Assembly (NCBI GenBank): GCA_013115125.1
Contig: JABANN010000011.1
Location: 62,001-126,000, forward strand
Direction of reading: 5' to 3'
Source: Perkinsus olseni
Taxonomy: Eukaryota
DNA length: 64,000 bases
The notes below the pieces were generated by a model that saw only the letters and a program-made list of their open reading frames with translations, was not told the origin of the DNA and made no database searches. Below are positions 35,776-49,300 of this stretch, in pieces (position 1 is the stretch's first letter; every line of letters starts with the position of its first letter). A program made the position numbers and the translations under genes.

Positions 35776-36552
35776 ATGTCCAACGCTACTGCGGCGGAGC
35801 AGATCCGCGCCGGACTGGATGCTGTGAGCGGTTATGTGCAACCAGTGATCGATAAAGCCAGGCCTGCGGTCACGGAGGCTTACGCCACTTTGCGGACTGC
35901 TCTTTCGGGTCTCTCCGCAAAGGCCCAGGTTACTTACGAGGAAGCGTTTCCTGCGGTCCAGAAGTGGTACCACGAGACCGCACAACCGGCTGTCAGGCAG
36001 CTGACCGAGCAGGCCAAGCCCTACACTGAACCTCTCGGAGATCTGTACGACCAGACGATCTCGACCGCCGGCCTCTATTCTCGTCAGCTGCTTGGTGATC
36101 ATTATGGGTCTTATGTCGAGCGCGCCCTTCCCAATGTGTTTATTGCCCTGGCGATATCGGGCTTCCTGTGGGTGGGAATTTTCATGAAGCAAACCCTCGG
36201 CAGCAGTGGCGCGGGGAAGATCGTCGAGCAGTCTAAGGATGCCCAGAGGAGGTCCAAATCGAAGACCTCGGGCGGCAAGAAGCGTGAGGAATCGACGACC
36301 CCTTCTAGCCCTCCTGAAAGCGACCACGAAAGAACTAAGAAGCAGCGCACACCAAAGAAGGGTGGTCATAAGCAGCCCAAGAAGGCCCCTGTTTTTCCCA
36401 AGCCCGAGAGTCTGTCACCCAAGCCTAAGAGGAAGCCTGCGGCTAGCAAGGCCTCACAGGGAAAGAAGGCTGAGGCGCCTGCCTCTCACGGCAATGAGGC
36501 TACTAATACCGATGCTGACGGATGGAGCACTGTGACTGGGAAAAGGCGATAG
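35776..36552 (+). CDS. Intronless single-TM protein with Lys/Ser/Pro-rich tail
   Basis: Amphipathic N-terminal half, TM VFIALAISGFLWVGIFM, and a basic tail ending DADGWSTVTGKRR*. Confidence 0.75.
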   Translation: MSNATAAEQIRAGLDAVSGYVQPVIDKARPAVTEAYATLRTALSGLSAKAQVTYEEAFPAVQKWYHETAQPAVRQLTEQAKPYTEPLGDLYDQTISTAGLYSRQLLGDHYGSYVERALPNVFIALAISGFLWVGIFMKQTLGSSGAGKIVEQSKDAQRRSKSKTSGGKKREESTTPSSPPESDHERTKKQRTPKKGGHKQPKKAPVFPKPESLSPKPKRKPAASKASQGKKAEAPASHGNEATNTDADGWSTVTGKRR

Positions 36553-36753
36553 TTGAGCGTGAATTATCAGCCCAATTTGTTTCCCTACTATGATTATTCA
36601 ATTCCATTCCCATTGTGTTGCGTTGGTACAGTTATTGGAGCACCATTGGGCTGCGCAGCCAAGTCAAAGCCAGAGAGCTCGACTGGTCCGGCGTGGAGGG
36701 CTGCCACGCCTTAACACTACGATGATAGTGAATGACGATCGAAACCCTCAGCC

Positions 36754-38521
36754 TCAACCGGTCACCGCTGGACTTCGCTCAAAGCGCAACATGGAAATTA
36801 TATTCAGAAATGCAAGTTCATTGTCGCCGTCGACGTTTGACACCTTTCTTCTGGGGCACGGCCTCCTTCGGGGTCTTGTTAGCTTCAGCGCGGGGGTTGG
36901 CCATGAGCTCGGCCGTGAATAGAATACTGCCAATGATAGCCTGCATACTGGTCAGGAATCCAATTTCACCTGTGCGCCCAACCAGCGAATTCCCCTAAGA
37001 TACTCCTCATAGTGGTGTTGATCTCCTCGTGTACGGCCTCAGTCACCGTCGTGGGAGGCTTCTTGCTGCCCATGTAGTGCCTGTATGTTGCAAACACTGG
37101 CCATCGTGGAACAGGGTCATGCCCACCTGTAAGCTAGCCGTATGACATGAACATCACAAGGGATGATTTGCCGACCTGCAAAGCGTGGTAGCACGCTGTT
37201 GACCGATAGCCTACATAAACCCACCCCGCATTGAGAAGAGGGCAACGCAATCAGCCACTTTCCGTCCAACGCCCATAAAAGACGTGAGGAATTCTCGGCA
37301 CTCCGTCTCTTGCTTGAATGCGTCAAGAGCACGGAGCTTCGCGAGCTGGCCTTCATCCTGCAAGGTAGTGATCAGGGAACGGAGATAACGGGCGCGGTAT
37401 CTGGAACAGAACGAGGAGACATCTCTTCTTGGGCCTGGCGTCAATAGAAGCCTATGGGCCGTACAACAGTCTGCAACGAGAAATTCAACATGCAAAAACG
37501 AGGCCACTGCGCCACGCGGCGGGAGAACGGCCGTGTACCATATGATGATGGCACATTGCAAGTATTGATCATGTATGTGGATATTGCAATCAATCATGTC
37601 ACAATAGTTGCAACGGGAGAATGCCCGAGTGTACTCAAGTGTATTCAAGAAAACATGCACAAGCGAGGCCACTATGGCACTCGTTGCGAACACGGCCGGA
37701 CTGTGATTTCGTGAGACCTCCCGGCCGATAGCGAGGACAGTCTGCCCGGGTCTCCGACCCAAATCCCATCTGGCGGAAGTGATCCTCGGTGGCAGCATCC
37801 AGTTGATGTAGGCTGGGAAACTGGTACAACTCCAGCGTCTCTTCGCCCCCTTCGCGATCAGCAGCGGTCACCGTTGCCAAGTGCGTGCCATACCCTGAAC
37901 GCCGCCTTGGAAAGAGGAAATCGGCGGAGTTGACCTACGCTGTCGAAGGGCGTTGAGCAGGAGACTGATCCGCTTAACGTTGTTATTCTGTGACGTGATG
38001 AAGGACACCAAGCACTCGAAGGGGTCTTGATGAACCACCCGCAACCTGAAGAACCGAAACAGGTCTAATTTTTGCAACAGGAAAAGGCCAGAAGGTTCCG
38101 AACACAGGCCCGACTGTGAGCGTACCCACGAAGATTCTTGTTGTGAACAACGGCCCTGAAGACCTCATCCCTCCCCTCCCAGTCTTTATATAGAGCATCG
38201 ATATCGGTCTCTAACTGGAAGAACTGCCGAAGCTGCACATCAGCTTTCTCTATCTGCTTGGGCGGCCAACAGGAATACTCAATCATGGCAAGCTCAGCGT
38301 TCGTCCGCAAGCGGAAGGTAGTTGAGCCGATGACGCCGCAGTACAGCTCTCCTTCCTGTCCTAAGGCAACGCAGGTCACCCGGGATTTCACGAGCGAAGT
38401 CGGGCTTCCTACCGCCGTCCAAAGCCTTCCAGACAAACACTTGCCCGCTGAACAACGTCAAACGAAGGTTAAGTTGATTTACCGGGGCCAGAGACACCCA
38501 TTTTGAGAACCCGGAGAGCAT
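36754..38521 (-). CDS. OGG1: 8-oxoguanine DNA glycosylase; spliced
   Basis: LNLRLTLFSGQVFVW, QDPFECLVSFITSQNNNVKRI, MGFG|YRARYL, HhH motif GVGRKVADCVALFSM, IPCDVHV and SILFTAEL. 3' end approximate. Confidence 0.93.
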
Positions 38522-38996
38522 GCTGCATGCAAACCCTCTGAAGGAGTGGTACAACGAAGACCTGATAAATCGGTACCAACCGATTCGTAAAAACTGGCAA
38601 CGGAAGCGGGAACTAGCGCATCGAAGTCTCAACCAAGCAAGGATCTGTGGCATGGTATAGACCACTGAGTTAACACTTCGTACCAGTCCAGGAGGCACGG
38701 CTTTCTCCTATAGGGATACCCTGGAGACACACACACCACGCAGCCATACCCGTTGCACTAGCACTCACTCTTCGTCGTACGCTTACTAAAGTCGCCCCCT
38801 TGGACCAGCTCAGCCTACTTCGAACACGACAATGTTCTTTGAGACCAATCATCGTTCGGTGGGACGTGGACGTGCAATGATGATCACCGATGATAAATCG
38901 CAACGGGAGTGAGCAATAACTGATAGGTACTTCGTTTACCTCATGCAACGTCAAGTTTACACTAATGTACCAACGCGGGACGACGTCTAAGAACTT

Positions 38997-41900
38997 CTAA
39001 TGGCACCGGCGTCGCCGTTTGTTCTTGATCTCTTCCGTTGAGATCCATCCCTGTGGTGGCGGAGCGCCTATCAAATTGAAATCCCTGAAAAACATGAATA
39101 GCAGAAAACGTATCAGGCCGCTGCCGTTGCGAGCACACCTGTCGAATTTTCCGGCCCCACCGTCATAGGACCAGAAGAGCGGCTCTCCCTCGGTGATGAT
39201 CTCCCCTCGTTTACGCTGCAGCCAGAAACCCTGAAACAAAAAACGTCCTTTTGAGCGCAAACTGGAGCATGCCCGACCCTCAGCAATTGCCCTTCATCCG
39301 AAGAGTGGCCAGAAGAAGATCTCGACAGTCTAACTTCGCAGTGCCGCGGCTCCAGCTTGCAATACTCCACCCTCTCGTGGTTGACCGTCGGTCCTATGCT
39401 CCACATCTTGGACGTGGGGTCCGCGTATTGCGCCCTGAACGAACGGCGTGCGTTAACGGACGATTAACACATAGGGCGCATCGGCTCCGGTAAGACACTT
39501 CTTCTCTCTTAGCGCGATAGCTAGGTTCCCGACTCACAATTTACCCGTTAACAAAGTAGTTGTCCTTAGTTTCTATCATTTTCATGGTGGAAAACAGGTC
39601 CCACACGAAGTTGGAGTTCGGTATCTCTGCCACGTACCTGAGGAATCTCATAGTGATACTGATTTTCAAAACCTGATTAAAGTCCCTCGCATCCGCCCCG
39701 ATCGGCGGTCACAGCGCTGCCACCCAATGAATTCCCACCTGTTGTCGTCGGTGTGAACGTTCTCACTGGACGCTTCCATTTGCATGGCCTCTTCTCGAGT
39801 CAACACTGAGCCTGCGAGTCGTAGGATTCCCCGATGCGCGGGCCACAACATCAGACCCACTCACCGGCATAGACCAGTATCACATCCTCTTCGAGACCCT
39901 GGCGAATCTGATCGTCGGTCGGCCAGTCCTGCGCTGCTATCAAGTGCCAGCCGCCATAGTGCTCATCTTCGACGGCCTTCACAAACTGCCTTGCTCGCCC
40001 CAGGCAACGGCACTGCAGCTCTGTGAACCCAAGGTTGAGAGTACCGGCGAGTACAGCCTCCCTACCTAGTAAGCTCAACTCGAGGTACTTCTTGGTGAAG
40101 GTCTCGATGTAAAAACGCTCGCTGAGGACCATCGACTTATTCTGGGCTTCTATGTGGGCCTGGTGCTTCCTTCAGAGACAAACAGTGAGCGCCGAGCAAG
40201 TCTGTTCAACGGTCTCACTGTTGCCGAAGATACTCCTTGAAAATGTGAGACGGCAGACCTTTCCCCTCGCGGTCATCAAACCTGAGCCAACCCCTTTACA
40301 GTCGGAAGGCTCGCGGAGCGGAGGCTTACTCTCCCGAGTGGAACGCATCGCCGAAGAGAACGGCGTCTGAGAGAGAGCGCTTCTTATGAGGAGGTGCTCG
40401 GTGAATCTAATCGCCATCAGCACATATCGAAAGCGACTGCGCGGGAGTAGGCGCCCACTATTTTCTCGTAGTCCTGCTTCCGAGGACAGTTCCAGGGCTG
40501 TATAGCGTTTCGCTCGAGCCAGCTGAACTTGGGAGCTCTGTCCCGCTCGTCCGAAGTCAGCTGAGAATGACAGCGGATCAGAGGTGAAAACGCTCCCATC
40601 CCTTCTGCAAAGTAGCGGTGCAACGAGTGAAGCCTCACTCGACGAGCCATCAATTCTCTGAGCCACTCGGAGATAGGCCGCCCATGCTCGTCTCGAGTCG
40701 CCAACTGCTTGGAAGTCACGGGAGTTTCGTCGGTAACACTCATGTCTAACGAAGCATCGGGAGCCGCATGACCGCGCGCCACAAAAACAGGATGACGCTA
40801 CTCTCGACGGACTTCTCCTCGGCACTGACTGTGGGCTCACTGCTGGTTTCCTTCACCGACCCTTCCGCCCCCGACTCAGAGACCGTGGACGCGTCTCCGA
40901 CGACGGAACTAGCACTCCTGAAATATGCATGGAAAGCCACAGCTGAGAGACAAGCCGATGCGGCTCACTGCGATGGTCTCAAATGGGCCACTGGAAGCTG
41001 CTCCTTCTCGAGGAAGTAGACCATGTACGGTGCTGTGATCGCTTCCTGATCGTCGGCGTGACGCTATGCGGTGATGCGTTCAATCCCGCTATAGAGGGAT
41101 CGACGTCGTGCTCACCCCTTTGAGAACATGCGTCAGAACAGCAGGTGTCCAGGAGGGACCTCTAACCGGGATCCTAGCCCACACAACGGACGGCGCCTAG
41201 GAATACTGCCTGAGCCCAAGGCTATCGTCGGAAGGCCAGCCCACCTTCAACGCCGTCTCCAGCTCTGCGTCGTCCCCTTCGGTGGCACGTGTTTGCGGAG
41301 CCTCGAGAAGCATGGCGGTAAAGTTCCGCATAGGACCGCAGTTTCCGAGTCGCCCTCGAGCTGCGGCCCACGAATCGCTGCCTTTGAAGGGCCTCTCAGT
41401 AGCCTGTACAGCGGTGACTCCGGTCCCAATGGAGCCCAGCAAGTATCCCACCCTATCAGCCTTCCTCGGTCGGCCGATGCCTCTCGACGACTCCACCTTC
41501 CTCCGCTTCACTTTGTGTTGTGCCTCATCATCGCTGCTAATTCGGCCATCGCGGTCCTAATCATCGCACGAAAATGTTTGTACTGGTGATGGAGTCAGCA
41601 GAGTGTAAGCACGGGAGGCAACAACCACTGGTTGTCGACGAGATACTCCGGCGAAATTATACGGTTGCTACTGTTCTTACGACTTTCGCCACGAGGTCGT
41701 CATACTCCTTCTGCCAATCTTTCAAGTCTTCTCGAATGTTGTGGTATCTGACACCGCTTGCCATGGGCTGCGCAGCACTACAACAACCACGACCCACTGT
41801 GCCTTGGCATCATCAGGCAGAACTTCAAGTACAGGTACATCAGGATCCGCGAATAATGAACGTGCCATGGCCCAAACGCCTCGAGGCTTCGAGTACTGAA

Positions 41901-44159
41901 GCACAAACGGCTGCAGCTCACGAGTTCTTATTTGAGTTAGATGCGTCCGTCGGCGCCCCACATTGAACACCTCATTACTCGTAAAGCTCACTTCTCATCT
42001 TACATATCGCCCCCGTGAGAACTACGGCAGCGAAAAGCTGACTTTGTCTCCATCGCATCCACCATCGGCGAGACGCTAGACACCGGAGCATCCGCCCACA
42101 GAATCACGCAGAGACGAAGGAAAAGAAGATGCTCCAATCATCATGAGTTGAACCAAACCCCGTTACACTCTCTCCGAATGCACTTGAGCACTACATTCCA
42201 ACAGCTCCACCCCACGTGCAGCTCTACTCACATGTTTCCTCGCCATGATCTCATCCCATCCCAGCAGCTGCTTGGTACTGCTTGCGGCGAAGTGAAGCCG
42301 TTCCCACTCCAGCTTCTGTTAGGGCATTTCACTGAGTGCCAATTCGACGACCTACCTCATTCTGCAATTTCGTCGCAGCCATCGCTATAACTACACGCTT
42401 ATCATCGCGATCATGGCGGAAGTCAAATCCAACTGCGATGAGGATGGTCGCCAAGGGAGATATCGAGCAGGAGCAGTACCAATGATGATCGGATATGAGA
42501 CATTCTTCCGAGCCCCGCACCACAGTAGAGGACTCTTCAAAATCAACACCCCTTCCTCCCCATCCCTCTGGCTCTCCAAGACTACAAAAAGAGCCTCAGC
42601 GATGAAGAGACCACAAACACCTACGCAGATTTCTGGGATACCTCCATTCGATCTCACAGTCCATTCTAGCCCGGCAGTCGAAGCAGTAATAGTTGACCAT
42701 TAAAAATTCGGTATCATACCTAGACGGAATGCAGAGGGTCAGCGCCGGCGAGCGCCAACTACTCACACGCCAATTCTCAGCGAGGGATCTTCGCACTTCC
42801 TATGCACCCAAGTATCGCAGCCAGCGCAACCTAGAAGGTCCTCTCGCTGCTGGTCGCCGAGAGATGTCTCCCCTACCCATAAAAGGATCGGACTCATCCA
42901 CTGGTGGCTCGTCAACTTCGTAGCCCAATCCGCAGCCGGGGCAAAAGCATCCAAGTTGTGAATAAAACTGTTCCAGGCACATCCCTGACCATCAGTAAAG
43001 ATTTCCGACAATGTCGGAGCGCAGCAATCAGATCATGGATAGAGAGCCTTGGGAACCTCCGCTAGCTGAGTGTCGGAAATAAACACTCGAACGTTGGCGT
43101 GAGGAGGCAACCTTCGGCCGCCACTTGTATGAGGCTGGAACCAAGTTCAAGTTCAGGCCGTCATAGAGGCAACCGGCGATGTCCCAGTCGGACAATGTCG
43201 AACAGTCTGACCTTCGACAGTGCCCAAATATCATTTCCGATACCCTTGTTCTTACTTCATGCCATTTCCGGCCCCTTTACGGTGACTTAGTGCCGTGTCC
43301 GGCCCCTTTACGGTGACTTAGTGCCGTGTCCGGCCCCTTTACGGTGACTTAGTGCCGTGTCCGGCCCCTTTACGGTGACTTAGTGCCGTGTCCGGCCCCT
43401 TTACGGTGACTTAGTGCCGTGTCCGGCCCCTTTACGGTGACTTAGTGCCGTGTCCGGCCCCTTTACGGTGACTTAGTGCCGTGTCCGGCCCCTTTACGGT
43501 GACTTAGTGCCGTGTCCGGCCCCTTNNNNNNNNNNNNNNNNNNNNNNNNNNNNNNNNNNNNNNNNNNNNNNNNNNNNNNNNNNNNNNNNNNNNNNNNNNN
43601 NNNNNNNNNNNNNNNNNNNNNNNTGTCCGGCCCCTTTACGGTGACTTAGTGCCGTGTCCGGCCCCTTTACGGTGACTTAGTGCCGTGTCCGGCCCCTTCG
43701 CAGGTACTACGTAGACCACTACCGAGATACAGATAACTCGCCGCGTCAGTTCGACTACCCTATAATTCCGGCCCTAGCACTAAAACCGCTGATATTACCG
43801 CAACACTTCCTGCTCTTATAGGTCGAGTCCACCACAGCACTACGGGAGCATCTCGGGTTCCAACACTTCTCCGTCCCTTTAGCCGGACACTTGGACTGAG
43901 TGAAACTCGATCATCGGGGTAATGTGACTCGTCGAAAACTCACCCAGTCAGCAATTTGCTTGACCGTTGGCTCCAATTGACCATTGGCTATGGGATCTTC
44001 ACCGTTGGCAACCTTTTCACCATCGTCGTGGGAATCCTCTTTCTTCTCCGTCGTCTCCACCTTTTCCTCAATTTTCTCAGCGACCTCAGTAGCAAGCAGC
44101 TCCTCTATTTGTTGACCCTCCATGGTCAGGTCCCCATCTGAATTCACCGCCGGCGGCAT
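38997..44159 (-). CDS. Putative PHD-finger + AT-hook + divergent SET-domain chromatin protein (may be more than one gene)
   Basis: PHD-like LLGCAGCDTWVHRKC...YYCFDCR at ~42850-42660. AT-hook GRPRK at ~41470. SET-like GWHLIAAQD...VILVYAG|VLTREEA, GPTVNH and IITEGEPLFWSYDGG at ~39960-39160. Confidence 0.6.
43267..43698. repeat. 31-bp perfect minisatellite spanning an N gap (at least 10 copies)
   Basis: Unit ccggcccctttacggtgacttagtgccgtgt, identical copies on both sides of the gap at 43526-43623. Confidence 0.95.
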
Positions 44160-44377
44160 GCAGCAAATGCAGGGAGATCTCCTGGGCGCAGTAGATTCAC
44201 TTCGCTTTCAAAAAGTCGTCCCAACAGCGAGGATACCGGAGCCTACTAGGATGTCAGCGCTTGTCCCATATTCGTTTTGTACGCCACTCACCCTTAGACG
44301 AATACATGATAGTTGACAACTAACGCAACATGCCGCATCCCGAAACAAAACGGCTCGTGAAAAAAAGACACCGCAAT

Positions 44378-46184
44378 TCATGAGTGAGGGAGGAGTACTG
44401 CCGCCTCCTGTCCAAGACGCTGCTGACAATATCGAAGCAGGTCGTGGAGCTTCCCGGGATTGATCCCTGCACCGGACGGTACGACTGATTCCATCGGAGC
44501 GAGCACCCACCCATTCCCTCGAGTTGTGCCACCAGATTGGAGAGGTACTCAATGGAAGGACCGTTTTGGCCCACTCCAGAGCAGATCAACCTGAAATAAC
44601 AGCGTTGTGACCACAGAGCCGACAGTAGAACAATACCGCAAAAGTATGAGTGAAACCATCAGCTCGGACGCATGGCTTGCTCAGCGACTTGGATCACAAT
44701 AAATGATCAGCACTACGCCATATCTCCAGGATTGAGCTCAGTCGTATGATGGCATTAATATCTCACCGATATCCGCTCCAGACCAACAACCACCGTACGA
44801 TCCAGCAAATGCGTTAGCCGGACCCGGCGCTCAGCAGTGATGGACAAATCCGTTCCCTGCCTCGTCTTTTCCTCGTCACTGATGTCCCCCGTGTAGTTGT
44901 CAGCAGACCTATTCACGACATACGTATAACAGGGAATCTCCTCGCCTTGCGCAACCACAATGACCCCTGAATCAACCGATAGATTCCGAATCATCCAACC
45001 ACAACCAGACCCACTCTCCCGTGTGTAAGCTCCCATAACGAGCTCACGACGGTCTATTCTCTGGAGAGTGTCCGCGAGCTGAGCTTGGTCCAGTTGCAAG
45101 ACCATACCCTCGCACTCGCCATCGGGGCACCGCAGGAGGCCTGACCACCAACTCACTGCCTACCGCTAACAATGAGTACCAAGGGAGAACAGAAACGCAC
45201 GTGTCTAATTCTCCTCGAGACCCCCAGTTCTGCCACTAGTTTTTTTGCGCTTTGAACCGTGCTAACACATATAGTGCTGAGATCATTCCCGCGCGAGCAG
45301 AGCCTCCACGAATAAAGTTACGTCGAAGGCGACTCGACGTTGAGATTTCTAATCTAATTATACCAATCTAATAAGGGCCAAGGACCGGAGGACCGTAAGT
45401 TACGGCCGTCCGCATCTTAACGTGCCTGGCACACACCGTAAAGGCAGGCATGGTCGCTGTGCGGGATGTCTCAAAACTATCACCGAGTGTGATATATCCC
45501 CGGCAACTAAAGCCGGACTCGATATGCAGTCTGCCTCACCAGAAATATTCGTAATAGAAAATTGTGATTCAAACGTTGCACAGCGAGTGCTCGGGAATGG
45601 CACTTAATGCATTCCGACTGCATTATGGTGCAGACCGTATCGCGGAGTGTCGTTTGTACGCGAAGTATTTTCTGATTGCTAGGGAAGTGTTCCAACCTAC
45701 GCGGCGTAGGTTTGGGCCACACTAGGTTTGGAAGCTTGCGCACGCACGCAGGCGAGCTCGTCACAAAGACAAATAGTCACACCATGCAACAGCAGCCCGG
45801 CTAGCGCACCGACGCAGTGCCACTCCAGTGGACCGTTGTGCAGCTGTCTCGGCGTAAATCATCGTCGGTTAGCGCGATGAGAGCGATGCATCATAAACGG
45901 GATTAAAGGGAATCTCCGGCGGTAACGGAGCGTCGACTCTACCACTCATAACCGCCCGACCGGCTATATAGACCCAGTGACTCGGGAGCAGAAGCACCTC
46001 GCCCCTTACCCATGCACAAACCGGGCTTCTCTCGAGTACCCCGATATATGAACGATTTGATGCACATCTCTCGGCTATAGCCCTTGAGGGTGCCAGGAAG
46101 GACTCGCTCGACGCCGGGTATCGAAGAGGCATCCCACATGAGGGAAGCATAGGCGAACACATGGTTAATGTCCGGAGAAGCCAT
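44378..46184 (-). CDS. ChaC-family glutathione-specific gamma-glutamylcyclotransferase; spliced
   Basis: VFAYASLMW, GTLKGYSR, YRGTREKPGLCMG|LL, IDRRE and GQNGPSIEYLSNL are ChaC motifs. The first intron is ~870 bp. Confidence 0.9.
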
Positions 46185-46343
46185 ACTGTGGAAGTTTAGA
46201 AGCGACGCAAACGATTATGCGCGGGGAATGCGGATATTGGGAAATATTCACTCATAATCGTCGGCGCAATTTGACTCCGATCGAAGCTTTGACATGAAAG
46301 TCCTCAAACTTTGGCACAGGCGGCTTATCGTCTCAGGGTTACC

Positions 46344-49300
46344 ATGTACCACCCCGATCACAAATGGTGTGCTTCCGCGCTCCTCTCAATCTGCGTCCTC
46401 AGAACTTCAGGATACAGCCTTCTTGAAACAGTACGAGGATCAGTCTTCGACGTAAGACACGTCACGCAACCGACGGGCAGAAACTGCCGAGAGTCGCTCT
46501 TTGGATCGTTGTTTGCGACAGCAGCCCTTCTAATAAACTCCATTGACGCTGGAAACTGCCCTTTCCTCAGGAAATAGGCGATGAAATAGCTCCCGACGGA
46601 GACTGGCTGAACCAAAAACGATATAAAGTGAGATCCTTTAACGAAGCTGAGAACAATGAACCCGCGCATCAGGAGTCCTTGCTGCTGTGTTGTCGAGAAC
46701 TGTCCTGCAGTGGTAGTCGAAGTGATCACCTTTCCGTGAGGTGAGCAGCTATTCGCCACTGTCAAACGGAAGGCGCTTCTGGAAAAGGTACATCACCGTC
46801 CACGAGGACTCGCAGGCGTGCGGCTGCCAAGACGTTGAGATCGAGTGAGACGAATCTTAGCAGGCCGCCCTCGGTTATGAGCATTCTACGCTTTAGCCGG
46901 GTATCTTTTTCGTGGCGCGTGACGGGTCCTGTAACCCCGCGGGAGGTCTCACGAGGTCTCGATAGCGACCAGTGCTACGGCGGACGGAGGATCCACTCCC
47001 AGGAGCTGATGCAAACCCCGGACTGTGAGTCGCCTATCTCGGAGATCAAGCACGCGTTCTGCTTGCATGCGCACGGAAATACGCGGAGAACCCCACAATA
47101 TAGTTCTCCTTGATATCTTTTTTCAATGATCTTGAATTTGTCTCTTCAATCTTTTTTCGCTTTTTGGGAAAATATCTTTTTTTCTGTAATGATCCAGGAC
47201 CGACATCCATGCTGGTGACAATAGGGTCTGCGCCGCAGACCGTCTGCCTGAGCATGTATCAGCTTTTCAGGTTCGAGTCTCCTCGGTGTGACCGACAGAG
47301 AACTATTACATTCTGCCTCGTTCCACCGACTCTTCGGTAGAAACATTCGGTCCAAGAGCTCATTCCCGCGCTTAGTTTATCCTCTCCTAGGTCGCTCAGT
47401 GAACACTTGCGAAACCATCCCCCGGCCTGCAACGAGAACATCAACACACGCTGCTTTCGCGTGAGCAATGATGGGCAATATGCCGTTCATGCTTTAATAA
47501 TCGACTCGCAGTAATTGGCGGCCCGTCGAACCAGTGCGGCCTTCGGAACTCACCTCAACCTCCACGACCACGACAACGACAACGACAAACACCGCCGCTA
47601 CCAGAACTATCCCTACAGTCACTTCGACTACTACCTCTTCTTCGTCGCCTGATTTTGACGAGAGCGACCTGAAGGGGTCTGCCGTAAAGTCGAAGGCCCG
47701 CGGTTCTGCCGCAGTGGCAGTCAGGTCAGTTTCCTTATCGTCTTCCTCGTAGCGCCCCCCGGATCGATGGCTCACTTGTGCTGAGGGTCGCTCCGCGGAT
47801 TTCGGATGTGAAATCCCCTCGCCAGTTACGGATCGGACCCAGTCTACAACAACATCGTAGTGGTGAGGGGACGCGATGCCCGAAGAGATCGGGTAGGCTC
47901 GGATTTGAGTGCATTCATCACTTTGTCTGCATAGTACCATCAATATTGTGAAGGGAGTTGCAGAGACGACCCTGAGTGCTGTTCAACGGTGTACTCCAAT
48001 AGAAGGTGACCGTTCCTCGTCACGGCCCTGTGGCGATGAATCTATCGTCAGGTCCAACCAGGTGTACTCGGAAATGGCACAGGACTTCCGAGCGTTGATG
48101 AACTCGGCGATCGAGGAACGGCGCTCCCGTCACCAGAGGGCAGAGCCCGCCCACGGGCTCCGGCCTATGACGACGCCGACGCCGGAACTCATAGTGGTGG
48201 CGGCCCCTACCAGCTCTAGTTCCACTACGGGGTCATCAACAACTGCATCGACCTCGACCTCCATCACCGCCACCACACCTGAAACGAACGAATATGAAGG
48301 GCATCACCGAAAGTGGGAAGGGAAGAGCTAGTGTGCACCGTGTCACCGTCTCATTTCAGACGTCAACAACATCATCGTCATCATGAGCCCAAGCCGAGTG
48401 CAGGACAGGGAGACCTCGGAGAATCTCTCGGGTACGGCAACGGTAGCGAATTGGCGATGCTCATTGAGCATAGCCAATCTGAGTATAGATCTATGACCTC
48501 GCCCAGTTCCCGGAATAGTGTTGGCTACGGTTAGGTACAATTACGCCTTCGACTTCACGTTTGACGAGCCTGAGAAGCAGAACGAAGAGAACGATGACCC
48601 CGGGGGAACGAATCTTCGTGGGAAAGCTGGCGAGAGTGGTCGTGTTGGACGCCGCGAGCCTGAAAAACCGGAGGAATTGCCCGATCGGAAACATCCTGTG
48701 ACGGACAGTTACAGTGGCATAGGGAGTCTGCAGCGAAGGCGAGAGACCGAGCCGTATCCGCCCAGTGAGCCTCTTGCGGGTTCCGAGCCATCGGTTGATG
48801 AATCTCCTGAAACCGCCGATGAGGAGCTTGGTGAGGATCTCGTGGGTGAAGAAGAGGATGGAGTAGCGGAGGAAGACCTCCCATTGACCGACGCGAGAGG
48901 GGAGTCTACGAAGGAGGCAGCTTATGACGTCTGGTCCCCACACTCGGCGGAACTCGCCATTGAACAGACGAAGCCGACGAATCTTCCCGGCCGTCCTCTG
49001 GAGAACAACCGGGCTAAGCCTCCGAAGTCGAACGATGATAGCCCTCTTTCTTCCATCGCAGCGTCAGAATCCGATCCGACCGCGGAAACTTTGGAGTCCA
49101 GGCCACTGTTCAGTGGAGTGAACCCTACCGAGAGTACTATTCCCGAAAGCGATGATGACGGTTATACCGAGACCGTCGAGGAGGTAGGTAAGGAGGACAC
49201 TCGACGGACCTTTGGTGGCGAAGAGCCGTACTCCGAAACCGTAGAGGAGGTTGGCCGACCTGAGACTAGGAAAACTTTTGGAGATCGGCTCGATGTGAAA

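Noticed and set aside
43267-43698. 31-bp repeats (and the 37- and 30-bp arrays) as CRISPR arrays
   Set aside because: Units are head-to-tail with no unique spacers, there are no cas genes, and the context is eukaryotic.
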